DNA of 64,000 nt, from assembly GCF_009914755.1 (NCBI RefSeq), contig NC_060925.1; one strand, 5' to 3'. Below are positions 1 through 14,133 of this stretch, in pieces. The notes below the pieces were generated by a model. It saw only the letters and a program-made list of their open reading frames with translations. It was not told where the DNA came from and made no database searches. This DNA comes from the human T2T-CHM13v2.0 reference genome, Homo sapiens. The position numbers and the translations under genes are program-made. The stretch's first letter is position 1, and the number at the start of each line of letters is the position of its first letter.

Positions 1-2689
1 GGCTCTCCAGCATCACAATGATGATGGCTCACACTCCCAGGGTGGCTCTCCATTTCATAGCCACCCCACCCAGCACACCCCAAAGCACAACCTGAGGCCC
101 CACCTAAGAGAGATAGGGTCTTCTCTCCCCTCAGGATCCATTTGCCCTCTTCGTGTTGCTTTCCACGGGCTCCCAAGTCTCCTGCCTGTACCCCCTCATC
201 ACAGGCCCACAGACTGAGGGCTCAGTCTCCTGCCCACAAACACAGGCTCATGCCGCAAATGTGGATGACCACAAAATGCTTGAACATATGTGCACCTTTA
301 CATGTATGCACATCAGCATTCACATGTTTTCTCATGACAGATCTCAGTAAGCACTCTAGGTGGGCTATACACACATGTGTGCAAACGCTTACACACAAAG
401 CCATGCCATGCCCTTAGCAGACCTGGCACCGGCAAGGTTGAAGGCTACACTGGGCCCTTGGAGAGCTGCCCAGGTATGCTGCTCCCAGCTTTATCTGAAG
501 AGCTGCCCCCAGGTGTGCTGGTCCTGGCAGGGCCTGGGGAAGGGGCTGTGTGCTCCTGGCAGGGTCACGTAGGTATAGAAGGGACAGGCTGGGAGAGAGC
601 TGATGGTCTGAGGAAACACAGAGAGGGGGATTACAGGTCTTTGCTCCAAGACAGGGCAGCAAAAGTAGTGTCAAGACTGGAAGTCTTGCAAATCACACCA
701 AGATAAAACAGACCATCTTATTCTTTGTGTAGCCTCTGAACCGGGTCTCTAGAGTCAGGTGGTTGGCAGAAAAGTCTCTGGGATCAGATAGATCTTTGAG
801 TGCTCCCTCTGCCCATTAACGCAATCTTGGGCAAATGACTTAACCTCTCTGAGCCCCAATTTCCTCCTCAGTGAAACAGGAATAAGAAAACCAAATATAT
901 AGCAAATGAGTATTCCTAACATCCCAAAGCCTATCAGATGCGCCTGTTTCACATTCTCATGGCGTTTGTACATTCTCGCACACATTTACATGCATAATTT
1001 ATTTCTGACTCACCCATTAGGCTGAGCTCCTACCCCACCCCACCCAGGGCTCTGTGGAAATAGATCTGTTTTGCTCATCATTATAGCCCCAGCGTCTAGC
1101 ACAGTTCCTGGAGCTTAGTAGGTGCTCATGGACCAAGAGAGTAGCATATAATTCAGCAGCATAGCACAAGACAGACCTGGATGCAGTCGGTGATGGCTGC
1201 TATTATTGTCATTATTAGAGAGGTGCTGCTCTCTGAGAATTATTTCCACACCCTCACCTCCCACAATCAGTTCTCCTCGACTGCCTCTTCCTTGCATCTA
1301 AGCTCTTCCTATGGGTGACCCAAATGCCCCCAGTAGCAAAGCTAGCCCACTTCCTTTCATTTTTGCCCTGGGACAGATGAGGAGCAGTTTCTACACTTTC
1401 AGGGCTTAAAGACCCCATTGAGGTCCTCCCTAAGTCTCTTTCTTTCCAGAGATTAAAAACTTCTCAAATTCTTTTATTCCTTCCTTACAAAACATGTCCC
1501 ATGCTTCTTCAATTACCCTGTGGTTTCTCTGGAGGTTTTAAGATCAGTAGCCATAAGCTCCCCTCTCCCCAGGTGCCCAGAAACCAAAGGGCCTTCAGCC
1601 CACAGGAGATGTGTTATTGGGTTCCCCTAGTTCCCAGCCCAGTCTGATGCTCCTGGCTCTGTCCAGAGGCCACAAGCCCACAGGACACCCCAGCCCGCCT
1701 CCAGCTTATTGGAAGTTCTCCTGTGCCCCAACCTGCTCAGTCTGGTCCCCACTTTTAAGGCAGAGTGTCTAGAGTTGTATGAGATCAAATCGGACAATCT
1801 TAGAGCCAAAACAGACCAACCTTGCTCCTTGTATAAACTCAGAAACTGAGACCCACAGATGTCAAGTTCATGGGACTAGTTTTGGCAGTGCTGCTTCAGG
1901 ACTGGAGAGATGGCCTCAACCAGCTGGGACACAGAACAGCCTGGAGGCCCTGCCGCCAGTTCTGCCCTCCCTTCTTGCTTGAACCCATCTCACAGACCCT
2001 CTGCCTTTCTGCTTTCTTCTTGGCCTTAACTCACCTGGGCCTCAGTAAGAGGTGAAGACCCCTAAGAGGAAGGGCTCTGACCATCTTCAACCTTGATTTG
2101 ATGCCTGGTTATGTCCATAGGGCCCTGAGTCTTTGGGGCCCTGGTATGCCCTAAATCCAGTGCCTAGAACAATGTAGAGAGAAGCCTGCCCTCCATAGAG
2201 GGCCAGTGATGCTGGCTCTTACATGACAAAGACTGTGGTGCTGGCCCTCTCCCTTTCCCCCTCCCCCAGCCAACCCTCTCCCAGGCCCTCTGACCCCATG
2301 CACCCACCCACCCACAGGAGCACATCCACTGTGCCTGTTTCTACCCAAAACAAATCATCAACTCCTTCCTCTCCTAATCAGTCAATAGGCCTGTTGGTTT
2401 GAAATAAAAAGAGTTTCACCTTCAGCACTGCCCCCACTCAAAAAAACGTCTAGATCCAGATAAAGATAAATTCCAGTCACTGAAGCATAACAAGTGACTC
2501 AGACTCAAGGGGATGGGCAGACACTCCAATCACCCAGGAAATTCCAAGGGTTTAGTTACCTCCCAGGAACTGGACAGAGGCTGGTAAAGTTAATTCTGCT
2601 CTATACAGGGCACTCCTAGCCTTTGGACATGGTTCTTATATATGCCTAAGATTTGCAGGAGCCAGTGTGGTGGAGGGATAGGATACCTA

Positions 2690-3470
2690 ACTCGATTTCC
2701 CAATACGTTTGACCATTAATATCAGCCAACAGAATCTTCATAACAATGCCGGTGTTCTACCATATTGCAGTATGGTAGGTGTCACCTGAAAAATAAGAGT
2801 CTAGATATGAGCATATTACTAGAGTTTCATTCAGTCATTAATAATTAGTCCAGTCTATCATCATATCATATGACCCAAATGTCTCCCAGAACAAGGCCAC
2901 TCAGGTTTGCAGGCTTCCATTCAGCCTCATCAGGCTCCAAAAAAAAGGAGTGGTCTCCACAGTACATGGCTTCACCCTTTCAGGCACCTGGAATAACTAA
3001 CCTGAGACAGTACCACCTTTTGCTCCAGTCTTCTCAATATATTAATGTAATATTAGATTTCCCTCATTATATAACCTGTTTATTTATTTCTTTACCCCCA
3101 TCTACTCCTTCTCTCCACTTACAGCCAAACATTTCCACCTTGGTGAGGGACATTAGGTTAGGCCACTGTGCTGGTCTAGATTGCTGGCAGCAATACTGGT
3201 CTAGGAAGTGGTCTTCCTCAGTCCACCAGTCACAGGCTCTGGGGTCCCCAGACCACCCTCTCTTCTGACCAGCTGGTTTCAAATTAAGGGGTTCCCACTA
3301 CACTCTCAGGTCTGATAATTTGCTAGAACAACTCACTGAACTCAGGAGTTCTACTTACAGTTACACTTTTATTGTAGGAAAAGAATACAAATCAGAGCCG
3401 GCCAAAGGGAGAGACATATAGGGCAAGCTCTGTAAGGGTCCTAAACGCAAAGCAGCTGTGTCCCTGGTGG
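2690..3470 (-). mobile_element. MER21-like LTR fragment (about 3225-3470) with adjacent probable ERV internal sequence
   Basis: 'tctgataatttgctagaacaactcactgaactcagg...acttacagttacacttttattg' resembles the MER21 consensus; boundaries approximate. Confidence 0.5.
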
Positions 3471-4684
3471 GGAAAATGTACCACTTTCAACCCAGGTTTT
3501 CATAGGCAGTGATGTCCACTGCCCCTTCTGGACCAGTGTGTCAGCACCTGGGGCACCGCAGGCCTCTGTACTGCTTAGCTTGACCATCCTTGGTCTCCCG
3601 TGTCATTGCTGGCATGTCTCTGACCACCACTGCTGGGCTATACTTGTGAACAGACCCCTGCCCAACCTGGTTACCCTCCATTACTAGGCCATAAAGCACG
3701 ACCTCCTCATGGTCACTCCTCCAGGCTCTGGTAAATTCCCTGGGGGAGTGGGCAGAGACAGGAGTGGGTGGCCAGCTGGAGGTCGGTGTGAGAGCACACA
3801 GCCTTGCTGTTCTCAGGAGCAGCCTCACTCTGCTGAAGCCTCCTTGTCCTTGGGCTCCAGGACCTCAGCATCTTCTTTCCATGTGTTCCATCCTCTAAGA
3901 TTCTGCCTCAGCCCCTCAAAAGCAGAGATCCCTTTTTCCTCCCTCACCCCTCAGTGCTCACTCTCTGAACATGCCTGGACAGTCTGAACCCCAAGACTGT
4001 ACAGTATGGCCTTTCCTTCCTCTGGGTCACTCAGCCAGGACTGTGTGCTGGGGACTTAGCCTTGCACATGCACAGATTCCTCATATGTTGGCTCACAATT
4101 TGCTGAGATGCCTGATGAATGCTCTCTTAACCCTTGAAGTTATATTTTCCATAAGATGCCCCAAAATATCCTTGCTCAATACAAATGGAAAAATGTGAAG
4201 CCAACATCATATTATTCTTGGTTATTTTCAGTTGTGCTTTGATGGAAAAATAAGTTATTTCTTACATTAGGCCTTAACCTACAGCTATTCTGATTACATT
4301 TCTGAGAAATGGAGTTTTTAGGGACTCATCTCATGTTTCCTTTTCTTTATCCTTGGGTTAATATAATTACTATATACATTTTATGCTTGCAAGCTATTTA
4401 TAAGAACTGAAACTTTCTCTAGGAAAAAAACACAAAGGTCTTTATGATTTGGCCCCTGCATACTCTTACAGCCCCATCTTCATTCACACCCCCACCTATC
4501 CATCCCTCTACTTTCCCCAAGTTCTTTAATGGGCAGCCTCAGTAGTGCTTCAGAACACAGCGCAGGATAGGATGGGCTCTGGTTTAAATCCTGATTCTGC
4601 CTTTAATTGGCCATAGAACATTTGGCAAGTTTCCAAACTTTTGTTTCCTCATCTGAAAAAGTGCAGATAACAGTACCTATCTCA

Positions 4685-6000
4685 CCACAATGAGATACCT
4701 CTTCACACACATTAGGATGGCTATTATTTAAAAAAAAAGAAAGAAAAGAAAATAACAAATGTTTGCGAGGATGTGGAGAAATGGAAACTTTTGTGTGTTG
4801 CTGGTATGAATGTACACTGCAAGCTACTGTAAAAAACAATATGATGGTTCCTCAAAGAATTAAAAAGCTGTGCTCAGATTTTCCTAAGTAATCTCAGAAT
4901 TATTATATGATCCAATAATTTCACTTCTGGATATAAACCAAAAAAGAACTGAAAGTAGAGACTTGAAAGGGTATTTGTACATTCATGTTTAGAGAAGCAT
5001 TATTCATGATAGCCAAAAGGTAGAAGCAACCAAATGATCATCAATGGATGGATTAGTGCAGTGGTCCCCAACCTTTTAGGCACCAGGGACAGGTCTCATG
5101 GAAGACAATTTTTTCATGGGCCAGGGGCAGGTGGGGGTGGGTGGTTTCAGAATGATTCCAGCACATTACGTTTATTGCACACTTTATTTCTATTATTATT
5201 ACATTGTAATATATATTGAAATAATTATACAACTCACCATGATCTAGAATCAGTGGGAGTTCTGAGCTTTTCTTGCCACTAGATGGTCCCATCTGGGAGT
5301 GATGGGAGACAGTGACAGATCAGCAGGCATTAGATTCTCATAAGGAGCATGCAACCTAGATCCCTCGCATGTGCAGTTCACAATAACGTTCGCACTTCTA
5401 TGAGAATCTAATACCACTGCTGATCTGATAGTAGGAGGAGCTCAGGCAGTAATGTGAGCAATGGGAAGTGGCTATAAATACACATGAAGCTTCACCACTC
5501 ACACCCTGCTGTGCAGCCTGGTTCCTAACAGGCCATGGACTAGTACTGGTCTGTGGCCCAGGAGGTTGGGGACCCCTGGATTAGTGGATAAATGAAATGT
5601 GGGACATACATGCAATGGAATACTATTTGCCTTAAAAAAAGAAAAAAAATTATAACATATGCTAGAACATAGATGAACCTTGAAGATATTATGCAAAGTT
5701 AATAAGCCAGTCACAAAAGGGCAACTATTACATGATTCCAGGTAAATAAGGCACCTAGAGTAGTAAAATTCGTAAATACCAAAAGTAGAAAAGTTGTTGT
5801 CAGGGCTGGGGGAAGGGACGAATGTAGAGTTATTGTTTAATGGGAACATTGTTTCAGTTGGGGAGATGAAAAAGTTCTGGAGGTAGATGGTAGAACTATT
5901 TGTACAGCAGTGGCAATGCACTTAATGCCACTGAACCATACACTTAAAAGTGATTAAAATTGTAAATGTTATGCTATGCATATTTTAGCACAATAAAAAA
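4685..6000 (+). mobile_element. Old L1M (L1MB/MC-type) 3' fragment, interrupted by MER1A
   Basis: L1 ORF2-end and 3'UTR motifs (accacaatgagatac, gcattattcatgatagccaaaagg, atgaaccttgaagatattatgc); ends in aataaa plus A-run. Confidence 0.85.
5059..5578. mobile_element. MER1A hAT-Charlie non-autonomous DNA transposon
   Basis: Terminal inverted repeats cagtggtccccaacc / ggttggggacccctg; exact 8-bp TSD GATTAGTG at 5051-5058 and 5579-5586; 520 bp. Confidence 0.92.
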
Positions 6001-7094
6001 TTGTAAATAACTTGTCTCAGAATGTAAAGTACCTGTCTTAGAAGGTCACAGTGAAGGCATAAATGTATATTTGGCATGATTCCGGAATATAGCAGGTGTT
6101 CACAAAATATGAACTCTTCTTTCTGGAAAGCCCTTGTTCTACTATCAGACTAGCTCTCATTCACAACTCAAACACACACGACTCTAAGAGCTTGTTCCAA
6201 CTCTTTGTATTCACATCACCATTTTGTGCTGAGCATCCACCTCTGTTCTCCCACCCACATGCTTCTACTATGGTCCTGGCTTCTCTGTAGTTCATCCTTG
6301 CTTTTCTTCTCTGCCTTTCCCACTAGGCTGAGAGCTACTGAGAACACAGTGTGTGTCTGTTCCTTTCTTGTCCTAGGACCCAGTAGAGTAACCCTATACA
6401 TGTTTAGAATATTCATCACACAAATATGGGAGGATCAATAATTTTAAAGGGGAAAATTTATTTAAAACACAGGCTTCACTTACATATAAGGACCTCCTTT
6501 TTAAATGTCAAACAACTTCATAAACCAATATGTAAACTATTACTTGAATTTTTAATATTTGAGGATAAAAATGTTGTCATGATCTGATGGTAGTAGAAAT
6601 ACAGCACTTTTTTAAAACGCACTAAGCCAAACGAAGTTTGATGCACAAATAGTTTTGTAAGTCAGTGGCTATAATTCCTGGCCCACTGGGGACCCAGGAC
6701 CCTCATGTTGGCAACCATGCCTCTATACAATAGGGCATTTGCAGAGTAGGCTGATAACTGAAGATTAGTTTGTAGAAAGATGATAAAGCATTTGTGGTTT
6801 GTTTGTTCTGCATGATGGCATAGAAAAGGAAGCTTGTGACTGTTCTGGGGTTTGGTGGAAGGAAGAACTGTTGGAAACAGGCAATCCTAGAGCTGAAGGC
6901 CAGTCACTAGAAGGCTCACAAGTCAAGTTGAGGTTTTCTGAGAGGAAGAAGGCAAAGCTGTGTAGACTTCTGTGAGCTCATGATGTCTGGGCTGAAGAAC
7001 ACGTCAAGGATGTTAGTGTCCACATGGGAAAGAAGGTGGTCCATTGGGAGATGGTCAGTGCCAGCAAAGAAAGTCTACCTGGGACTGTGAGTCT

Positions 7095-7350
7095 GTGTTT
7101 GTTAGTTTCCTGGGGCTGCTGTAACAAAGTATCAGAAACTGAGTGGCTTAAACAAAAGATGTATTGCCTCCAAGTCTGAAGACCAGAAGTATGAGACCAA
7201 GGTGGTGTTAGGGTTGGTTCCTTCTGAGGGCTCTGAGGGAAAGAACCTGTTCCATGCCTTTCCCCTAGCTTTTGGTGGTTTGCTGTTAACCTTCAGTAAT
7301 CCTTGCCTTCTACAAGCATCGCCAGTCTCCACAAGACATTCTCCCTCTGC
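7095..7350 (-). mobile_element. MLT1C/D-type MaLR LTR fragment
   Basis: 'ttagtttcctggggctgctgtaacaaag...ggttggttccttctgagggct' is typical antisense MLT1 sequence. Confidence 0.75.
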
Positions 7351-7375
7351 ATGTGCAACTCCTGTTATTTATGGC

Positions 7376-9620
7376 TGATACGGTTTTACCATGTCCTCAC
7401 CCAAATCTCATCTTGAATTGTAGTTCCCATAATCCCCATGTGTCGTAGGAAGGATCAGCTGAAGATAATTGAATCATGGGGGCAGTTTCCCCCACGCTGT
7501 TTTTATGATAGTCAGTTAGTTCTCACAAGATCTGATGGTTTTATAAGGGGCTTCCCCCTTCACCAGACACTCATTCTCTCCCCTGCTACCCTGTGAAGAG
7601 GTGCCTTCTACTGTGATTGTAAGTTTCCTGAGGCCTCCTCAGCCATGCAGAACTGTAAGCCAATTAAACCTCCTTCCTTTATAAATTACCCAGTCTCAGG
7701 TATTTCTTCATAGCAGCGTGAGAACAGACTAATACAGTAAATTGCTACTGGGTAGTGGGGTACTGCTGCAAAGATACCTGAAAATATGGAAGCAACTTTA
7801 GAACTGGGTAACAGGCAGAAGATGGAACAGTTTGGAGGGCTCAGAAGAAGACAGAAAGATGTGGGAAAGTTTGGAACTTCCTAGAGACTTGTTGAATACC
7901 TTTGACCAAAATGTTGATAGTGATATGGACAATGAAGTCCAGGCTGAGGCGGTCTCAGATGGAGATGAGGAACTTGTTGGGAACTGGAGTAAAGGTCACT
8001 CTTGCTATGCAAAGAGACTGGTGGCATTTTGCCCCTTCCCCATAGATCTGCGGGACATTGAACTTGAGATAGATGATTTAGGGCATCTGGTGAAAGAAAT
8101 TTCTAAGCAGAAACGCATTCGAGAGGAAGCAAAGCATAAAAATTTGGAAAATTTGCAGCCTGACAATGTGGCAGAAGAGAAAAACCCATTTACTGGGGGG
8201 AATACAAGCTGGCTGCAGAAATTTGCGTAAGTGATGAGGAACCAGATGTTAATCACTAAGATAATGGGGAAAACATCTCCAGGGCATTTCAGAGACTTTC
8301 ATGACAGCTTCCCCTATTACAGGCCCCAAGGCCTAGGAAGGAAAAATGGTTTCCTGGGCCGAGTCCAGGACCCTCTGCTGCGTGCAGCATTGGGACTTGG
8401 TGCCTTGCATCCTAGCCACTCTAGCCATGGCTAAAAGGGGCCAATGTACAGCTGAAGCCATTGCTTCAGAGGGTGCAAGCCCCAAGCCTTGGCAACTTCC
8501 ATGTGGTGTTGGGCCTGCAGGTGCACAGAAATCAAGAATTGAGGTTTGGGAACCTCTGCCTAGATTTCAGAGGATGTATGGAGAGGCCTAGATGTCCACA
8601 CAGAAGTTTGCTGCATGGGTGGAGCCCTCATGGAGAACCTCTGCTAGGACAGTGTGGAAGGGAAACGTGGGGTTGGAGCCCCCACACAAAGTCTCCACTG
8701 GGGCACTGCCTAGTGGAGCTGTGAGAAGAGGGCCACCATCCTCCAGACCCCAGAATGGTAGATCCACTGACAGCTTGCATCATGTGCCTAGAAAAGCTGC
8801 AGACATTCAATGCCAGCCTGTGAAAGCAGCCAGGCAGGGGACTGTACCCTGAAAAGCCACAGTGGCACAGCTGCCTAAGGTTGTGGGAGCCCATATCTTG
8901 CAACAGTGTGCCCTGGATGTGAGACATGGAATCAGAAGAGATCCTTTTGGAACTTTAAGGTTTAATGACTGCACTATTGGATTTCAGACTTGCATGGGGC
9001 CTGTAGCCCCTTTGTTTTGGCCAATTTCTCTTTGGAATGGATGTATTTACCAAATGCCTGTACCCCATTGTATCTAGGAAGTAACTAGCTTGCTTTTGAT
9101 TTTACAGCCTCATAGGTTGAAGGGACTTGCCTTGTCTCAGATGAGACTTTGAACTTGGACTTTTCAGTTAATGCTGGAATGAGTTAAGACTTTGGGGGAC
9201 TGTTAGAAGGGCATGATTATGTTTTGAGCTGTGAGGACATGAGATTTAGGAGGGGCCAAAGGCAGAATGATATGGTTTGGATGTGTCCCCACCCAAATCA
9301 TCTTGTAGTTTCCATAATCACCACGTGTTGTGGGAGGCATCAGGTGGAGATAATTGAATCATGGGGGCAGTTTCCCTCATCCCATTCTTGTGGTAGTGAG
9401 TTAGTTCTTATGAGATCTGATGGTTTTATAAGGGCTTCCCCCTTCGCTGGATACACATTCTCTCCCCTGCCACCCTGTGGAGAAGTGCCTTCCACCACGA
9501 TTGTAAGTTTTCTGAGGCCTCCTCAGCCATATGGAATTGTGAGTCAATTAAACCTCTTTCCTTTATAAGTTACCCAGTCTCAGGTATTTCTTCATAGCAG
9601 CATGAGAATGAACTAAAACA
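7376..9620 (+). mobile_element. Full-length THE1 (probably THE1C) MaLR retrotransposon: LTR 7376-7736, internal 7737-9267, LTR 9268-9620
   Basis: Two direct LTRs of about 355-360 bp, TG...CA ends; 5-bp TSD ATGGC at 7371-7375 and 9621-9625; internal ORF remnant MEGSEEDRKMWESLELPRDLLN (7832-8230). Confidence 0.95.
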
Positions 9621-9806
9621 ATGGCATACCTTATAACTTCATTTTCCCAAGAGTAACCTAGGGTGAAGCTTTAAAGCCTATACAAAATAAATACAAATAG
9701 ATGTCATGTAGAGTAGAATCAGGCTTTGCCATTAATACAAATAAACTTTGGCAGAGAGCAGTAACATTTGAGTGGCAGAGAGGAGTGTACATCCCATAAT
9801 CAAGGC

Positions 9807-10002
9807 CAGGGCTCAGCAAAGTTTTCTCATAAAGGGCCAGATAGTAAATATTTTAGGCTTTGGGAGATATGGTCTCTGTTATAATTAGCACAACTCTGCC
9901 ACTGCATCATGAAAACAACCACAAACAATTACTAAACAAATAAGCATCACTGTTGCAATAAAACTTTATTAGCAAAATCAGGCTGTGGTCCAGGTTTGGC
10001 CC
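9807..10002. mobile_element. MER58A hAT-Charlie element
   Basis: 'aaagggccagatagtaaatattttaggcttt...caataaaactttatt' matches the MER58 consensus. Confidence 0.8.
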
Positions 10003-12189
10003 ATTTACCTTACTGGCGAAGGGTATTCTTCACTCTACTAAATCCTTTCCCTTTTTTCTTGCTCTTCTTCTTTCCTTGGTGTCATTCCTCACATCAATTA
10101 TATCTCCTCTTGCAACTTTACCTCTAACCTAACCCTTGTGGCTTTTCTTACCCTTCATGCAACTTACCATGAAGGATCTTCTGCCCCCACAGCAACCTCT
10201 CCTCATTGCAGTCTTCCACTTTTTTCCATTCCTCCCCAACTATGCAGCTTCTTCTTCAAAGCATCCTTTCTTCTCCATTCCAATTCTAACTCTGACATTG
10301 ATTCAATCTCCCCACCCCATCCCATATCCACAAAGAAGACAGCATCAGCATTTGTGTGAGGCAATTCAATCCTGAGCTTGAGCCACACAGTGTATATATA
10401 ACCATATGTAGGCAATGGAAAATACTTGCAGATCATTCATCTCAATTTATGAACCTCTTTGGCAGCCTTTGTTCTACTCTCACATGTGGCTCTGCCAAGT
10501 TTATAAATACTTCCTCTGGATGACAATAAATTTGGTCTCCCCTAATCATTCACTCCACAGATAAAATCTCATTGAGGTTGCAATAGCACTGACACTTAAA
10601 GTTAAGTGTTTTCTTGCTTGGTCTTAGCACTCTAGCCAAATGGATTTTGAGGGCCTCCTATTCATGGGTCACAGCTGCTTGACTCAAGGATTTTTGCCTA
10701 TGCATGCCCTGACAGTCAGATACTAACTCACTTGGATGCCTGCCTCTCACACTGCTCTACTTTATGAAGTCAAGACCATTAATAAAATCCAGTTTACAGA
10801 AAGGCCTAGAGAAGGTTATTTCTCTGAACACTTCGCTGTACCTACTTCCATAACAGATGAACTTACCAGATGTAACAGAAGCAGTTCTTCTGTTCTCGTG
10901 GAAGATGAAGTTGTCCTTTGTTTTGATGAGTCCTGAAGGACTTAAAGGTAAGAAAACATATTCATAATATATTATCCTTTTCTGCTTTTTCCCTTAATTC
11001 TTGCCAGTTGCTAAACGCAGTGCCAGGTATATTAAGACTTTTTTTAAAAGGCATCTTCTTGTTATCACTACTATCAGCATCACAACACTCTTTCCTCTTT
11101 TCTGTATCTACTCAGCTACACAAAGCTCACTTGACAGCTTTGTAATTTTTTTTAAAAGTGGTTAATCCAGACTACAATTATCTCAATTTTAGTTTGTTGC
11201 CTGAATTGATAATTGATGGATCAATCCTTTTTTTTTCAGTGCAATGAAAATTACTATGTCATTAAAATAATGGAAATATGCTGTGGCAGGGGAAGGGAAT
11301 CACCTTTGAATTCTATTTTATTTCCCTATTTATTTTTAAATATATGTGTAGAGAGAAGAGTCAGGGAGGCACAAAGGAAAATAAGCAAGAATAAAGGCCA
11401 CAGGGTCATGAGGAAAGACACAGGTGCCCAGGTGGTGCAGGGAACCTGTTTTTGTCCCTTTTTGTTTTCCTTCTCCTCTGTCATTCCTCTGCTTCTGTGT
11501 CCTCCTTATCTCTCCCTCTTTTCTTTTCAGTTTCTCTCAATTTAAAATAAATTAGAACGTAGAATCAAAACGTCATGTTTTATTTTTCAAAGATTATTAT
11601 TACCAGCTAAATAACATTGGTAATTTTTATTTTGAGTTTCGTACAATTTAGTTATTGATTACTAATTATTTGAGAACAGGATTTTTGTTTGGATTCTTAG
11701 CCTGTTGCTTCCACATGCTCTGAGAGGTGTAAATTTACATGGAAAATAAAATATCTTCCTGGTCAGAACAGAAGTCATTCATGATGATTTAGCTTATTTC
11801 GGTTCTTCCTTTTTTTTCCTTCTCCCCTCCCTCTCTGTCTCTCGTTACTCACACCCAGCTATGTCACTGCGATGACCAGTGAGCCAAACACTCACCTTGG
11901 GTTCCTCCTGGGGGAAGTAATAACTCACAGCAACCTATCTCCCTCCGGGGAAGCCACCTGTGACTTTCACTGACACAGGGCTCAGGCAAGTCTCTGTACA
12001 CAACGTGGTCTTCACACAATGAATCAAGACTGTTGATTGACTGAGGGGTCAGAGGGCCGACAGGCTGGTCGTTGGCTAGAGCACGGTAAAGATGATGGCA
12101 ACCAGGCTCAGAGACACACAGGGATGGCCACGGAGAGTTAGGCACCAGATTTCCCACTCTCAGGCTCATGGACTTTGCAAGTCCCACTT

Positions 12190-12362
12190 ATCCAGATTCA
12201 AACCTGGGCTCCAGCTGTTGAATTTAAGATTCAGAGAGCTTGAGCTTCTCACGGTACATATCTGAGTCTCATTATTTTCATCTTTGAAGCAGATAAGGCT
12301 GCCTATCTCACAGGCTTCTTGTGAGCATGCAGGAGGTAAGATACAAGGAGCACCTAGCACAG
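12190..12362 (+). mobile_element. MIR SINE
   Basis: MIR-like 'attcaaacctgggctcc...tctcattattttcatct...gcacctagcacagc'; further MIR relics near 800-900, 4570-4685, 46800-46980, 47320-47480, 52170-52390, 53500-53730 and 57990-58225. Confidence 0.6.
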
Positions 12363-14133
12363 CACGCAGCAGATGAAAAAGAGCACGGAGAATGGAGGGG
12401 AAGAAAAGGACACAGGATAGCCGCCAGGAGCACGCACAAGTTAATTTGGGGCTGTGTGGGAAACTGATGCAAACAAGCCCCCATACATAAACGCACCACA
12501 GGGAAAGCTGGGATTCTGTGCTGAGTGAGGTTATTTCCTGAACTTGCTAATTACACAGCACCATCTAGGGGCAGAGCATGCTTCGAACAAATGGTGGTCT
12601 TGGCAAGGTCCTCTGACTCTGCGGAATTCCCAGTCCCTTTTTCCCCTTTCCCCTCAGCCCTCTTCTTCCCTCTGCTCCCTTCTCTTCCATGGCATGCCCT
12701 TTCTCACCCCACACTTATTCCCTTTTCTTCCTCTATCTACTCTTCCTGGCGCAGTATTTTTTTGCAATGGAGTCCTTAGGGTTTTGGACAAAATAATCTG
12801 TGGGAAGTCAAACAATTACTATCCTCAAACAAGCCTTCCTCCTGTGCTCTATGTCACTGATGTCCTTTGGATGGCACCAGAAACTTGGCTTGCTGAGGCT
12901 GTGCTGTCTCTGGTCTCGGATGAGGGCCATCATGGTGCCATGGATGCAGGACTGGGTGTTACCACTGCAGGTGGTGAGAAGATGGCAGTGAAGGAGGACA
13001 CTCTGGTTTCAACTCACATCCTGGGGGGCCACCTTCTCTGATGTGAATTCCACTGTGAATCTTTTATTGTTCTCCAACCAGTGTAAGGACTCTACCCAAA
13101 GAACTCACAAGCTAAAGCCAGCAGCAGAGTTTTCACTTAAAATGTTTCTTTAAAAAAAACCAAACCCTCAAAGAGGGAAAGACGATTTTGGCCAAGTCTG
13201 CATCTTATGAGACTGAGACTTGCCAATTTTTATTCCCCATTTTAGAAACTGTGATTTTAAAACAATGCTGAATTATTTCTTTCAAAATACATTTACAAAG
13301 AGATTTTGGATTCCGTTCAACATTCTTTCCACACCTCCTTAAATCTCTCTCATTCTTCTCAAGAACGAAGATTTGCTTTCAAATCCCAACAAGTTGTGCT
13401 TGAAATAGCATCAAGTCTGTTCGCTATAAAGTGTTTTTGAAAATTCGGTAGGAACATTGTAATACGGTAATGAATTTCCTGAAACATTATTAGAATGCAT
13501 CACTTCCATACACTTTGCATGTTCCCTGCAAATTACTGAATGCCAATTTAAGTGCCACTTTATTGTGTTTCTGTTTGTCTTTTCCTCAACTGAATGTTAT
13601 TAAGTACATACTTTTGCTCTGAAGGTGGCCATTAGTAAACTAAAATTTGTTTGGATTTTACAAATTGTCTAGTTTACATCAGGGGTAAGACTTAGCAAAT
13701 ATTTTAAAACTTCAACAATTCTGATCAAGGCAGAAATGTATGTGGAAATAATTACCTGTGTCAACTGAAAACTAAATAGAAACACAATGTATACATTTTC
13801 TTATTTTTCCCTTACAAATGATCATCTGTTTTATGTATAATGAAACTACTCACCCAGGCAATTTCTCTGTCTAGAGCACCCTGTCTCTCCAATGTCTGCC
13901 TGGAAAAGTCCTCATCATTCTTTACATTTCAGCCAAATGCCATCTACTCAATAAAGCTAACTCCCTAGAGCACTTAGGCGCTGCTTCTCAGTGTGTCCAG
14001 AGAGCTTCGTATATGCCTTGATTAAAACAATGACTTTACTATATCATAATTTTTGGTACTAATGCTAATCTCATTTCCATTTTAAATTCCTTTGTTCCTA
14101 GTATAGTAATAGCTACCACTCTGCACAAAATAC

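Noticed and set aside
142-706. Overlapping ORFs of 60-109 aa at the window start
   Set aside because: They arise from CA/TG-rich low-complexity and GC-rich sequence; no recognisable domain or exon structure
7832-9568. Cluster of ORFs up to 132 aa
   Set aside because: Fragmented THE1 internal ORF and LTR sequence, not a host gene
12525-13041. 165-aa ORF
   Set aside because: Non-ATG start, low-complexity Leu/Ser/Pro composition and no recognisable homology
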